Of a stretch of 64,000 bases of DNA, positions 25,844 through 38,229 are shown one piece after another. Source of the stretch: Octopus sinensis. Taxonomy: Eukaryota. The position numbers were made by a program, and so were the translations under genes. Numbering within the stretch: position 1 is the stretch's first letter; every line of letters begins with the position of its first letter. The stretch is taken from the NCBI RefSeq assembly GCF_006345805.1, contig NC_043007.1, positions 26,784,001 through 26,848,000 of the forward strand, in the 5' to 3' direction. The notes under the pieces are model-generated. The model was not told the DNA's origin, made no database searches, and was given only the letters and a program-made list of their open reading frames with translations.

Positions 25844-26834
25844 CATACACACATGAACACGATAGATACTCGACTACATAACCTTTACCTACACACACTC
25901 AAACACAACAACACGTTTCTGCGGCTTTAGCACGGCACGATTATTCCATTACATTCCAGACAATAATAGTTTTTTTTGTTTTTTGTTTGTTTGTTTTTTC
26001 TTATTTCTTCCGATCTTTCAATAGATGTTTCTTATGGTAATAATTATGCTTCTTTCGTCTCTGTCTAATATCTTCTTGGCACTCAACCATTGGCCAGTAT
26101 ATATGCCAGGTATATAAACCAAATATATACCATTGACAGAGTATATATACGAGATATATACCATTGACACAGTATATGTACCTGATATATACCATTGACA
26201 TTCCACGACTGGCCATTATATATATATATATATATATATACACCATCTGCATTCGCATTATACATGGATGTTGCTTCCTGACGATAAACATCAGAAAATG
26301 CTGGCTACGAAACTAATTCTTCGTCGGTAACTATAAAGTGATGTAAAAATCATTTCTTTGAAAGTTTTCGAATGGAGGTCAATAACGGTCTCTTCTTTCA
26401 TTGACTTTCTTCGACCTGTTCATGAACAACATTCTCTCACATCAAAGAGTAGTTCCAGGTAAGATGTTACGATATCGTAAGATGTTACGATACCTTACCA
26501 AGCTGGGTAACAGATTTAAATTATGATAAAAAACTGTTTCACCCGTCTCTTACCAGCAACAATAAAAAATGTATGGTTGCATGCACTGTAAAAAGCATTT
26601 TTCCCTCTATAAGACGAAATAGCAGCTACGCTTCTTGGCGTAGTTTGACCGATGGCTGAAACCACAAAATAGTACTGGTCACTTAAAACGTCCACCTCCC
26701 GGTCGTTTCGGCCCGCATTGTTCCTCCGAGGGTGCTTTCGCCAAGTGTCCAAGGTGGCCGGTACGTTCACTGTGAAAAAATTAGTGTTCAGAGTGAGGCC
26801 CTGCCGGCTTGCTTACGAAAAGCATGGAATGATG

Positions 26835-26858
26835 GACTACTACTACTACTACTACTAT

Positions 26859-26926
<68 letters not shown>

Positions 26927-27045
26927 ATGCTGCTGCTACTACTACTAATAGCTCCGCTACTACTACTACTACTACTAATACTACTAATACTTCCGCTACT
27001 ACTACTACTACTATTACTATTACTATTACTACTACTACTACTACG
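26835..27045. repeat. (TAC)n microsatellite
   Basis: Directly visible. Confidence 0.95.
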
Positions 27046-27329
27046 ACGCAACACATTGTTGGACGTAAGCTTGACATCTTTTTTTTGTTTTTTCGGAAAA
27101 ACCTAACAGTATATTAATCATAGACAATATTTGAACAGAAACAATGAAGCGGCTATGAAACTTGTTGCAGAAACAACGTTCGCAGCCCGTCAGAATACAC
27201 TGATGATTGTTACATCGAAAGAGACTAAAGAGAAAGAAAAAAAAACAAAACAAAAAAATGAAAAATGTGGGGAAATTACTGAGCGTTTCACCAAATTGTT
27301 TAAAATACATTGGCAGAAGATAATATCGG

Positions 27330-27500
27330 AGTTCTGCTGTACTCTTTCCTCACAACTTTCTCTCACTCTTTCTTCCTGCATCTTGCAGCTCACCTGCGAC
27401 GGACCGGCGTTCAGTCCTGGTGGGGAACCTACACGCCAAGGAAACCGGGAAACCGGCTCTTATGAGCCAGGCGTGGTTCGAGAATGAACAAACAACGACA
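27330..27500 (+). mobile_element. Headless SINE family A body with tail type 3
   Basis: CAACTTTCTCTCACTCTTTCTTCCTGCATCTTGCAGCTCACC..GGGGAACCTACACGCCAAGG matches 14375-14520 (minus). Confidence 0.85.
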
Positions 27501-28647
27501 ACATTTGCTTGGCAGACGGTCAGTCTGTCATTTAACGATGTTTCTGTTAAATATTGTTATTGTTTGTGCTGAATAAAATATGTTGAAAAAGAGCCGCAAT
27601 AAATATGCACCAACCCAATATTATTAGAACTTTATGGATTCCGATGGAATAAAAGCACAATTGACTTCTGCGGGATTTGGACTCAGAACGTAGAGACGGA
27701 CGAAATATTGCAATGAATTTCAGGCGGCATGCTTACGACACTTCCAGCTCGCATTCTTCAGATGTTACCCAAATAAAAACGTAAAATATTGGTGGGATGC
27801 GCGTTCGATCCACATGGCTGGTTGCTGATAATTTTTTCTACTTTTAAAGGAAAAAAAGATTTTGTCCTTTATATATATACTGTTCAGTATCTACGCGTTG
27901 AATAAATTTATCTATCTGCTTGTTCTACACTAAATTTGAACGCTTTGAAAACAAACTTGTATGTTTACATCCGGCGTAATATAATAACATACTGAAAATA
28001 ATAATTCCAGTGTCTTATACATTTACAAGTTCATAAATATTTAGAAAAGGTACTATTGATGCCTAGTTTTTAATTGTTATTTGATCGACCTCGCAAAAAT
28101 GAAGAGTAAATCTGATCAAGGAATCTCTGAGAATAGCGATCATAACAACAAAGCAATCTGCATGAGGAACCAAACTCCAAGAAACATGAGGCGAAATCTC
28201 ACTTCTCACTTCGCAATTTTTTTTAGAAGAATTCAAGGAAAAATCGGATATTGTAGACGTGGATAGTCTGTCTGATCATACGATGTTGCATTTGATAATA
28301 TACAAAGTGTGCGACCGGAACATATTTGAATATACTTGCGAACCGATGAGGGGAAGGCCTGTGGTTAAATAACAACAACAACAACAAAGAAACTAATGAT
28401 GAAAAATGATGACAATGCTTTTTCGGGGAGATAATTGAGATACGCAATATATAAATGGATGAGAACATTAATTACAACTGCTGTTAATATCACTACTACT
28501 ACTACTGCTGCTACTACTACTACTAATAATAATAATAAAATAATAATAATAAAATATGATAATACGACAAGTACTAATTCTACTACCATGAAAACGACTC
28601 TACAGCCGTGATAAAGACTTATATTACTACTACGACGGAAATGATAT

Positions 28648-28723
<76 letters not shown>

Positions 28724-29339
28724 ACTACTACTACTACTACTACTACTAAGGTACTGCAACCTCCTCCAGGGACTGAACAGGAAATTAATAATCCAAGACA
28801 CAATAGCTAATACCTTAAAGAGTCGCAGAACTGAAATAGACCAAAGAAATTGGATGTGTATTTTAGTAACTCAGCCGAGACAGTCTTTTCGACAAAATCG
28901 ACCTTCACTCATAAATATACACGTTGGTTGAGAATATATATCGCAAGACGTAGGTGTAGATATGGTTGACTGCTTCAGAGGACCACTTTGTAGTTTGGTG
29001 GAATTCAGTATCACTAAGTGGCATCTTTGGTCCCTCGTGAACAATGCCTTCGTAGTGAATTTTGTAGAAAAAAGTGTGGAAGCCGGTCGTAACACACACA
29101 CACACACACAAATATTGTATAAATGATCGTGGGTGAGACTAAAACAATACGAAGTAAATGCTAGGTAAATCACAAAAAACAAATATGTGAATTAATATAC
29201 ACTTACCTTGTATTCAATATTTCGGGGTTATAACCCCATTTTCAAGAAGAGAAAACCAATGTTGCCGGTGTGCGTGTGTGTGACGATTATGATGATGGTG
29301 GTGGTCGTCGTCGTCATCGTCGTTGTGACGATGATGATA

Positions 29340-29370
<31 letters not shown>

Positions 29371-29494
29371 CGATGGTGATGATGATGATTGTGGTGGTGG
29401 GGGTCGGGTGATCAAAGAAGTGAAAAATCAACGCAATCTCTCATTATAATACAAGCAAGAAATAACTAGAAATATATATATATATATATATATA

Positions 29495-29700
29495 TGTTGA
29501 TAGAAATCGCAAGACAACAAAAGAATGAAAGAGACCTCGATATTATGTAAATAGAGGAATTTATCTGTAAATGTAATATGTGACAATTATTCGGTAGCCA
29601 TGATAAAACTCCGAGTTTCCATTGTCTGGGCGGAAACCCACGCCGGCATCTCTTCAGTTATCGTGTCATCAAGAAAAAATACTATGAAAATGATCATATA
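29495..29700 (-). mobile_element. Short repeat flanked by (TA)n, carrying a degenerate hammerhead motif (29602-29662)
   Basis: On the minus strand: GATAA-CTGAAGA-..GGCG..CGCC..-GAAAC-TCGGA-GTT-TTATC. The flank AAGAATGAAAGAGACCTCGATATTATG recurs at ~55050. Confidence 0.55.
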
Positions 29701-30216
29701 TATATATATATATATATATTACAATGAGAAATTAAAATGTAGAATTTACAGTTTATATAGTGATTGAAGATAAACCAGATGTCATTAGATAATCCTTCCA
29801 CAGAATTTAAGCTGAATTACGCAGCGTATGAAAATGTAGGAACAAGGAATAAGAACGATTGTATCAATTAGTATCATTAAAACTAAACAATATTCGCCTC
29901 AGTTTTAAAACAATGTTGCTAGAACATTATCGCAAGCTACTGAAAAAGCAAAGCAATTACAACTATCTCAAAATAGAAAACGAACGGCGCAGCAAGAACG
30001 AGCGCAGAATCCATGGCAAAATCTAGATATTATCTTGCTGGAAAACAAAAACGATTGTAATTTTTAAGTTGATACATTGAAATTTGAAGAATTCTTGGCA
30101 TTTATCTCTATCAAATCTAGAATATTTTTCCAGTTTTTTAAGCTCACATGCAGAGCCATTACTTGTTAGATTCGTCCGTTATCAAAGGCACACATCCACC
30201 GAGGTCAAACATATTA

Positions 30217-31905
30217 AGACAACACGTTCCACAAATAACGCTGTGGAGGAAAAACATAAGGCAGCCATTTCATACGTGTTCTTTGTTCTTATACTTCAGC
30301 AATTGTTGTGAGTACAATTACAGATGTTTCTTATGGTTTGAAGGGACATCACTGATAATAATAGCAATAACACCAGCAAGTATTGCTAAGAAAGGATTAA
30401 CAGTTCTATTACCTAGCGAATAGTTTATCATGTATTAAGCAGCAATTAACCGCTTTTCTCTACACCACTGGCTGTTAGGCCATCGTTATACTGACTTTCG
30501 TTCTGGTATTCGGTGCTAGGCAGGCTGTCACTGATGATCCGAAGGAACGGTGAAATCAGGTGAAAAGGAAATACCAGCCAACTGTGCAGGCGATCGTTTC
30601 GCCAGCCGATATATTTAGTGCTTCATTACCACATGTAGTCAACATGAAGTAGTACCTCTGGACTTTATCAGCAGTTTAAGTTGATCTAAACATGACAAAT
30701 AGACGAAGTTGGATTTACTAATTATTGTTCCGCGCAAATACTGTAAATGTCGCTAATAGCTAATTAATTAACTGACAATCCTCATTTATTCTTCAAAAGG
30801 ATGGTTGGATATTTAAAAATTTAAATTTCGGTAGAGTAGAAGGGTCTATGATCATGTCAAATGAAACATATTCTTTATTACCAAAGTGTTACTGTTTGAT
30901 ACTAAAAGGTCGAAAGGATGAACATCGCTTGAGTTTAGATTAATGAAGAGAAGACTTTTGATTTAGTCTGACATTAGCCATGGACATTAATGAAGTTGAT
31001 TATAAATCTGATTAGAGAGAACAGCAAACCAACACAGTATTAATTAGTTATCACTGACTCTTACAACATCATGGTTATGAGCTCCAGTTTCACGGGAGTA
31101 ACTGCATGGTAATAGCACCTCAAGGTTTAACTTTGTATTGGACGCCTTAAGCTTATATAGGTTGATACGAAAACACAATGTAACATAAGAAAATGGGCGA
31201 CAGTGGAGAAAGTATTTGTTCATCGAACATATAAACTCATAGTCAAAGAACGCTTCTAATCTTGTGAGAAACCTCAGAACTTGAAAACAGGATAGTCTTG
31301 GATGCGGCAATTGACTTTATGATGGAAAGTGTTAGACGAGGAGGCAGACTGACAAGCAAACATCATTTGGAAAATCGCAGAGGGTTGGACCATTAGCTCC
31401 TACACGCATTTTTTTCTCTCCTTGTTTCTCTCCTTGTTTCTTTTCTGTGTATCTTTCTGTCGAAGAGCGTACGCTCGAAATGTAAAAGACTTGTTTTATT
31501 TCTATTCTTGAGCGCCATACTAATACAATTGTTTGTTTGTACTCCACCTGCCTTCGTCCTTTGTTTATTTTCGTAAACCTTCCCGTTAAATATAATATAT
31601 GCTTGATAAGGCAGCATTTATTATGTGCTGCCTTATATGAACATATGAACATAGATGGAAATATTGAGATCCGTAAATATCTCAATATGAAAACATATTC
31701 TACAGCACGCTTGAGACAACACGTTTCACAAATAACGCTGTGTAGGAAAAGCATAAGGCAGCCATTTCACACATCTCCTTAGCAAGGGACATCACTGATT
31801 ATAATAGCAATGACACCAACAAGTATTGCCAAGAAAGGATTAACAGTTCTGTTACCTAGCGAATAGCTTATCAAGTGTTGAGCAGCAGTTAACCGTTATT
31901 CTCTA
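30217..31905 (+). repeat. Direct duplication of ~190-240 bp (30217-30462 and 31713-31905)
   Basis: AGACAACACGTT.CACAAATAACGCTGTG..AAGGCAGCCATTTCA and AAGGGACATCACTGAT..AAGAAAGGATTAACAGTTCT.TTACCTAGCGAATAG are in both copies. The second copy lacks ~55 bp. Confidence 0.9.
31400..31590 (+). mobile_element. pLTR-like short element with a variant minimal hammerhead (31452-31489)
   Basis: TCTTT-CTGTCGA-A-GAGCG-TA-CGCTC-GAAA-TGTA-AAAGA. Same architecture as 35090-35270. Confidence 0.55.
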
Positions 31906-33220
31906 GAAATATGAAATATGAATATAGATGGAAATATTGAGATCACTAAATGCTTGTCCCAAAAGTGTAAATAAAACAAACGATCATTATTAGTATAGCT
32001 CAAACGCTGCGTATAAAATTCTAATATCAAAGATTTCCACTTTTTAAGACGACAATATCTTTATACCAGTTCTAAGAAGCGTAAGAAAAGAGTTTGCGAT
32101 ATTTCCTGCCATCAATCCATCACACAGTAAAAATATGCCCCATAACTTTTGGGTATAAACGATATACAAATTCGTCTTAAATACAAGAATACGATGCGTG
32201 CAAATATAGAAGTGTGTATACCTGTGTAAATATATATTTCACTCTAGGCACGAGGCCTGTAATTTTGGGAGGGGGGGCCAGTTAATTACATCGACCCCAG
32301 TACGCAACTGGTACTTAATTTATCGACCCCGAAAGGATGAAAGGCAAAGTCGACATAGGCGCCAATGATATTGAAATATCATTAACGTATGAGATAAAAG
32401 GTGAAATACATTGAGCCCTAATAATAATTAAACATTTGGGCACAAGACCCGTGATTTCGGAGGAGGGGGCGAGTCGATTGCATTGCCTCCTCACCAGTAT
32501 TCAACTGGTACTTAGTTTATCGGCCCCGGAAAAGGATAAAAAGCCAAAACTTTTTCATTCTTCCTTTCGGAACCGGTAAATTAAGTACCAATCATATACT
32601 GGGGTCGATTTGAATAACTTTTCCCCCTCTCCCAAAGTTAAGGCCTTATGCCTATAGTACAAAGTATTTATCTTCACATCGTAAATATTTTTCTTTACAA
32701 ATTCTCCACATATATATAAAAGGTTGATATGGCCCATCAGACTGGGCCATATTTTGACATTAATAATCGCACACCAGAGGAACTGGCAAAAATTATGTTA
32801 AAACTTTTAGACAATTTTTATTTTCCCAATTAAGCGTAAGGGGAATTCTTAAAGCTCATTGTTGCCACAATAAATTAAGTAAAACTTCTTTTTCATCAAA
32901 TGAGCTACATACAATCCTCTTCTTTTTCGAAGATATGTTATGGCTTCACCAACAACAACAACAAAAACGACGAGAAAAACAACAACAACAATACTGAAAA
33001 TTCTGTTTATGAGGTCGATGATAATTTATTGAATATTAGATAGAAAAAGAACATTCTTGCAACAACACGCACTTAATATATGTACACACACACACACGTA
33101 TATATGCATATATATATATATGTGTGTGTGTGTGTATGTATGTATATTTATATATGTGTGTGTGTATATATATTTATATATGTGTGTGTGTATGTATGTA
33201 TATTTATCTATGTATATATA

Positions 33221-33268
<48 letters not shown>

Positions 33269-33400
33269 TACAAGTAATAATAATAATTCTTACTGTATCA
33301 CAATTTTACTGTATCACAGTTTTTTACGCTAGGCCACTTGGTGTTTTAAATGATGTTATTAATTAATATTCAATTTTTTCACCCTTATTGTGATTTTAAT

Positions 33401-33441
<41 letters not shown>

Positions 33442-33989
33442 TATATATATGTACATACATATATATATGTGTGTGTGTGTGTATGTATGTATGTGTATAT
33501 ATGTTTAAAATCATATATGTATACATACAAACACTCGAATACTTTCAAATACAAACACATATATTGTTTTGATATTTAGGCAAATGCGTACATATTCAAC
33601 CATACACTTCCATAATTATACACCTTCGAATACTTATGTATTTGGGTATATTTGCAGATAAAAGTATATCTACGTGCATTGGTATGTGTATGCGTGATCG
33701 TGTGAGCGTATGTCTGTATATATGTACGCATATTTGAGCGCATGTGTGTGTACGAGTGAGCGTTAACGTAAGCACAGACAACCGTGTGTGCATGGGTGCG
33801 TGCGTATATTACTTGCGAGTGTTACAGTATTTTTAAACATGTAATATATATATACAAGTGTAACTTTCATGTGCGCATGCGTGTCTCTGTCTTCTATATT
33901 TGGTATGTTTATTAGTTCGATCAATTATAAGTGCAGCACACAAGTTGAACGAGTTTAGATTTAGTTAAAATTTATGAGTGACAATTAAT

Positions 33990-34043
33990 CTTCCAACAAC
34001 AGATCGATACGCCGTCCACACAAACTTACGTCCAGATGCACAT

Positions 34044-34080
<37 letters not shown>

Positions 34081-34348
34081 CACACACATCACACATACAC
34101 ATGCACAACACAAACATGCACATACACACACTCACATACTCAAGCAGAAATACAGTTGAATACACCTCATATACACGCAAACACACATACATACGTCCGC
34201 AAGCACACACACATACACACACACACACACAACACAAACACACACATACACATCCATACACACGAACGCGAATACACTTATACACACCTCACATACGCGC
34301 AAACAGACAAATTTATGTCCGTGCGCGCATACACACATACACACGTAA

Positions 34349-34379
<31 letters not shown>

Positions 34380-34558
34380 CAAACACACACACATACTACA
34401 CACACACAACACAAACATATATACACACACACAGACACACTTACACACGTACACGCAAACACAGTGAAGCACATACCTCACATACACGCAAACACACAAA
34501 CTTACGTACGCGCACACACCCACACACCCACACAACACAGACACCCACACGCCCACAC

Positions 34559-34594
<36 letters not shown>

Positions 34595-34790
34595 CACCAA
34601 CACACACAAACACACGCACATACGCACTTAAACACACCTCACATACGCGCAAACAGAAACTTACATCCGCGCGCACACACACACATCACACACAAAACAC
34701 AAAACACACAACACACACATTCACACACTCATTCACAGTTACGCACACCTCATCACATACAGGCAAACAAACAAACTTATCGTCTCATCA
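33990..34790. repeat. (CA)-rich composite minisatellite with a recurring ~45-bp core
   Basis: CACCTCACATAC(A/G)CGCAAACA(C/G)ACAAA(C/T)TTA(C/T)GTCC-like core at ~34005, 34160, 34285, 34472, 34634 and 34745. Confidence 0.8.
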
Positions 34791-34935
34791 AAAACACTTA
34801 CGATCTCACAAGCCTGGGTTCATTTCCGTCCATAACCTTGAGTAACTCTCAGAGTTTCTCATGCAATAAAGTCTAAACATCAAATTCTAAACTGCGTAGT
34901 TTCAATTCCCAGAATATTTTCCATCAATGATTCAC

Positions 34936-35265
34936 GGGTGTGGCTGTGTGGTAGGAGGCATGCTCACCAACCACATGGTTCGGGGTTCATTCCTACTGCG
35001 TGGCACCTTGGGCAAGTGTCTTCTACTATAGCCTCGGGCGACCAAAGCCTTGTGGGTGGATTTGGTAGACGGGAACTGATAGACGCCCATTTTTTTTCCT
35101 CTGTCTTCCCTTCTCTGGATTTCCTATGTTTCTGACGAAGAGCTCCGCTCGAAACGTTAAACCTTCCTTCTTTCCTTCTTTCCTTAGCGTCCAATAATAC
35201 TATATTTGTTCCACGTCCTCACATTGTTGTGCTTTTTTGAGCTTTCTTGTTTGGATTAGCTTTAC

Positions 35266-35324
<59 letters not shown>

Positions 35325-35553
35325 CGCGTATATGTTTGTGTGTCATTATTTGTCCCCCCCCCCAACATCGCTTGACAACCGATGTTATTTACGTTCCCGT
35401 AACTTAGCGGTTCAACAATAGAGACCGATAGAATAAGTACTAGGCTTCCAAAGAATAAGTCCTGGGTTCAGTTTGCTCGACTAAAGGCGGTACTCCAGCA
35501 TGGCCACAGTCAAATAACTGAGACAAGTAAAAGAGTAAAGAGAGAGTAAAGAG
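34936..35553 (+). mobile_element. SINE family B, interrupted at ~35090-35270
   Basis: Head GTGGCTGTGTGGTAGG..GCACCTTGGGCAAGTGTC. Tail GGCGGTACTCCAGCATGGCC..AGTAAAAGAG. Confidence 0.88.
35090..35270 (+). mobile_element. ~180-bp pLTR-like element with a minimal hammerhead (35128-35162)
   Basis: GTTT-CTGACGA-A-GAGC-TCC-GCTC-GAAA-CGT-T-AAAC. A second copy lies at 37760-37940 (minus). It abuts (TA)n. Confidence 0.7.
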
Positions 35554-35559
35554 TATCTG

Positions 35560-35770
35560 TTTTTCTCTACTCTTTTACTTGTTTCAGTCATTTGATTGCG
35601 GCCATGCTGGAGCACCGTCTTTAGTCGAGCAACTCGACCCGGGGACTTATTCTTTGTAAGCCCATTACTTATTCTATCGGTCTCTTTTGTTGAACCGCTA
35701 AGTTACGGTGACGTGAACACACCAGCATCGGTTGTCAAGCAATGCTAGAGGGACAAACACAGACACACAA

Positions 35771-35829
<59 letters not shown>

Positions 35830-35985
35830 TACGATGGGCTTCTTTCAGTTTCCATCTACCAAATCCACTCACAAGGCTTTGGTCGACCCGGGGCTATAGC
35901 AGAAGACACTTGCCCAAGATGCCACGCAGGGGACAGAACCCGGAACCATGTGGTTGGTAAGCAAGCTACTTACCACACAGCCGCC
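35560..35985 (-). mobile_element. SINE family B, tail-to-tail with the preceding copy
   Basis: Reverse complement of the family B consensus from CTCTTTTACTTGTTTCAGTCA to CCACACAGCC. Confidence 0.9.
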
Positions 35986-36522
35986 TGTTTTTTTCTTTGT
36001 TGTTTTTTCGTTACCTTTTTGAAATTGTAAAGTAACTCTTAAAACATTATGTAAAATATGAAAGTATATTGATTGCAACATTTTAGTAATATTACTAGTA
36101 GTTGCTGTGGCTGTTCTTGTTGTTCGGGTTGCTGTTAATAGTAAATCGCTCAAGGCCACACAGCTCTGCTACTCTGTAATGCAAATCTTCATAAATATGT
36201 TTCGATGTACAAAACGAAAAAAATAAAAAACAACAAAAAGACACATATCAACACGAAGGTGCTTTCATTCATGCGTTCAGATTTGAAGCTTCATTGATCG
36301 TAAGTTCAAGTTTGTTACACGTATGTCACCTTGAGTTAGAACGGGCGCGTATGATGTATCTATCGATCTAGCTATCAATCCATGTATCTATCTATATGTG
36401 TTATATATATGTGCGAGTGTGTGCATGTATGTACGTATATATACATATAGGTACACACATTCACTTTTCTCTCTCACAAACAGGCACAAGCGTGCAGACA
36501 CAAACACACGATATATGTATAT

Positions 36523-36553
<31 letters not shown>

Positions 36554-36647
36554 TATATTATATATTATATATATATATATATTCCAGATGGTGATATTGA
36601 GTTAGTCATGATCTAAGCCGATAATGAGCGAAGCCAATCTAAGTTAT

Positions 36648-36678
<31 letters not shown>

Positions 36679-36697
36679 GTATGTATATGTATATATA

Positions 36698-36735
<38 letters not shown>

Positions 36736-37227
36736 TAACAACTTTGAAATGAAGAATTCAAAGCCGAGAATCAATTATTTATTTACGTAAGAATTCTGAG
36801 AGTGTTTCTGTCTGACGATGGCACGAAAAACAGAAGTTATAATATGAATAGTTAGTGAATATGAAGAGATAAAGATTTTATGCTTGGAAAAATATATTGA
36901 AGTGCTCTTTTTCAAACAAAAAAAAAGGTAAGAAACATAAGGAAGGAAATGTAATTCTAAAAAAAGGAACTGTTTCAGTCAATAATAGGTGATATTTAAA
37001 ATTAAGGCAGCCAGTTGACATAATCGTTACATCGCTGAAGAGATGATTCCTTTGGTTTATCCCGAACCGTTTTTTTTCCGCTCATTATTCAATCCTAGTC
37101 TTCGTAGACCTTCCTATCATGATTTTATTATGCATTGTTGTTGCTTCCCCTTCTTTCTCTCTCCCACCCTCTCTCTCTCTCTGTCTGTTTCTCTCTCTCC
37201 CCCTCTCTCTCTATTTATATATCTGTG

Positions 37228-37424
37228 AAGGCACATGGCTCAGTGGTTAGAGTGTCGAGCTTACGATCGTGAGCTTGTGAGTTCGAATCCCGGACAGGAC
37301 TGCATGTTGTGTTCTTGAGCAAGACACTTTATTTCACGTTGCTCCAGTTTCACTCAGCTGTAAAAATGAGTTGCGACGTCACAGGTGCCAAGTTGTAGCG
37401 GCCCTTTCGCCTTTCCATTGGATA

Positions 37425-37468
<44 letters not shown>

Positions 37469-37640
37469 ATATATAACTATATATATATATATATATATCA
37501 TTAACTGGTGGCGTCGAGAGGGAACGCCGGTATCCTTGGGCGGCTGCTGGTCTTCCATATACAACATTGCCCGGACTTGTGCCAGTGAGGGTAACTATCT
37601 AGGTGCAATCCCGTGGTCAGTAAGACGAAGGTGGGGTCTC
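37228..37640 (+). mobile_element. tRNA-headed SINE with a CORE-like block and internal (TA)n
   Basis: GGCACATGGCTCAGTGG (A-box) and GAGTTCGAATCC (B-box). GTGTTCTTGAGCAAGACACTT..CCAGTTTCACTCAGCTGTAAAAATG resembles the CORE-SINE domain (recalled, not aligned). Confidence 0.7.
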
Positions 37641-37713
37641 AGTATACATGTATATATAATATATATACATATAATATATATATAATTATATATATTATAT
37701 ATATTAATATATA

Positions 37714-37746
<33 letters not shown>

Positions 37747-37759
37747 GATACATGTATAC

Positions 37760-37940
37760 TGAGACGCCAAACAAGAAAGCACGAAAAAACAACAACGCGA
37801 GGACGTGGAAGAAATATAGTATTATTGGACGCTCGGGAAAGAAGGAAAGAAGGAGGGTCTACCGTTTCGAGCGGAGCTCTTCGTCGGAAACATAGGAGAA
37901 GGAAAGATCCAGAGAAGGGAAGACAGAGGGGAAAAAAATT
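37760..37940 (-). mobile_element. Second copy of the ~180-bp hammerhead-bearing element, with (TA)n on both sides
   Basis: On the minus strand: GTTT-CCGACGA-A-GAGC-TCC-GCTC-GAAAC-GGT-AGAC (37857-37891). Flanks match 35090-35270. Confidence 0.7.
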
Positions 37941-38229
37941 ATATATATATATATATCTGTTTCTGTCTATGTACTTCTGTCTAATCTACTACTGGAAGAA
38001 ATCAACTGTGATGAGAGCTGTTGTAAAATGGATTGTGCTTGGTCTAAGTTGTCCTAGCTATGCCTTACGTCATGATGGAACACCTACGAATCTATAAAGT
38101 AATGAAGGCGCCGTTACATGGATTATCTGTAATTAAAATGTAAGACGAGTGTCGGAGGAATATTGCTTCTCAAACATATTTGTTCCGAGTGCAGTACGAC
38201 TGCGTGGCATCTTGGGCAATTATCAGAAC

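Noticed and set aside
26340-26835. Possible LINE remnant (FDLFMNNIL) and 3' end before (TAC)n
   Set aside because: There is a single weak motif and no second copy in the window.
28081-28350. Possible exon or TE peptide (..EFKEKSDIVDVDSLSDHTMLHLIIYKVCDRNIFEY..)
   Set aside because: It is short, ends in a stop, has no clear donor and shows no motif I recognise. A homology search is needed.
30528-30565. CTGATGA-TCCGAAGGAACGGT-GAAA
   Set aside because: The stem II closing pair is mismatched and no NUH site follows.
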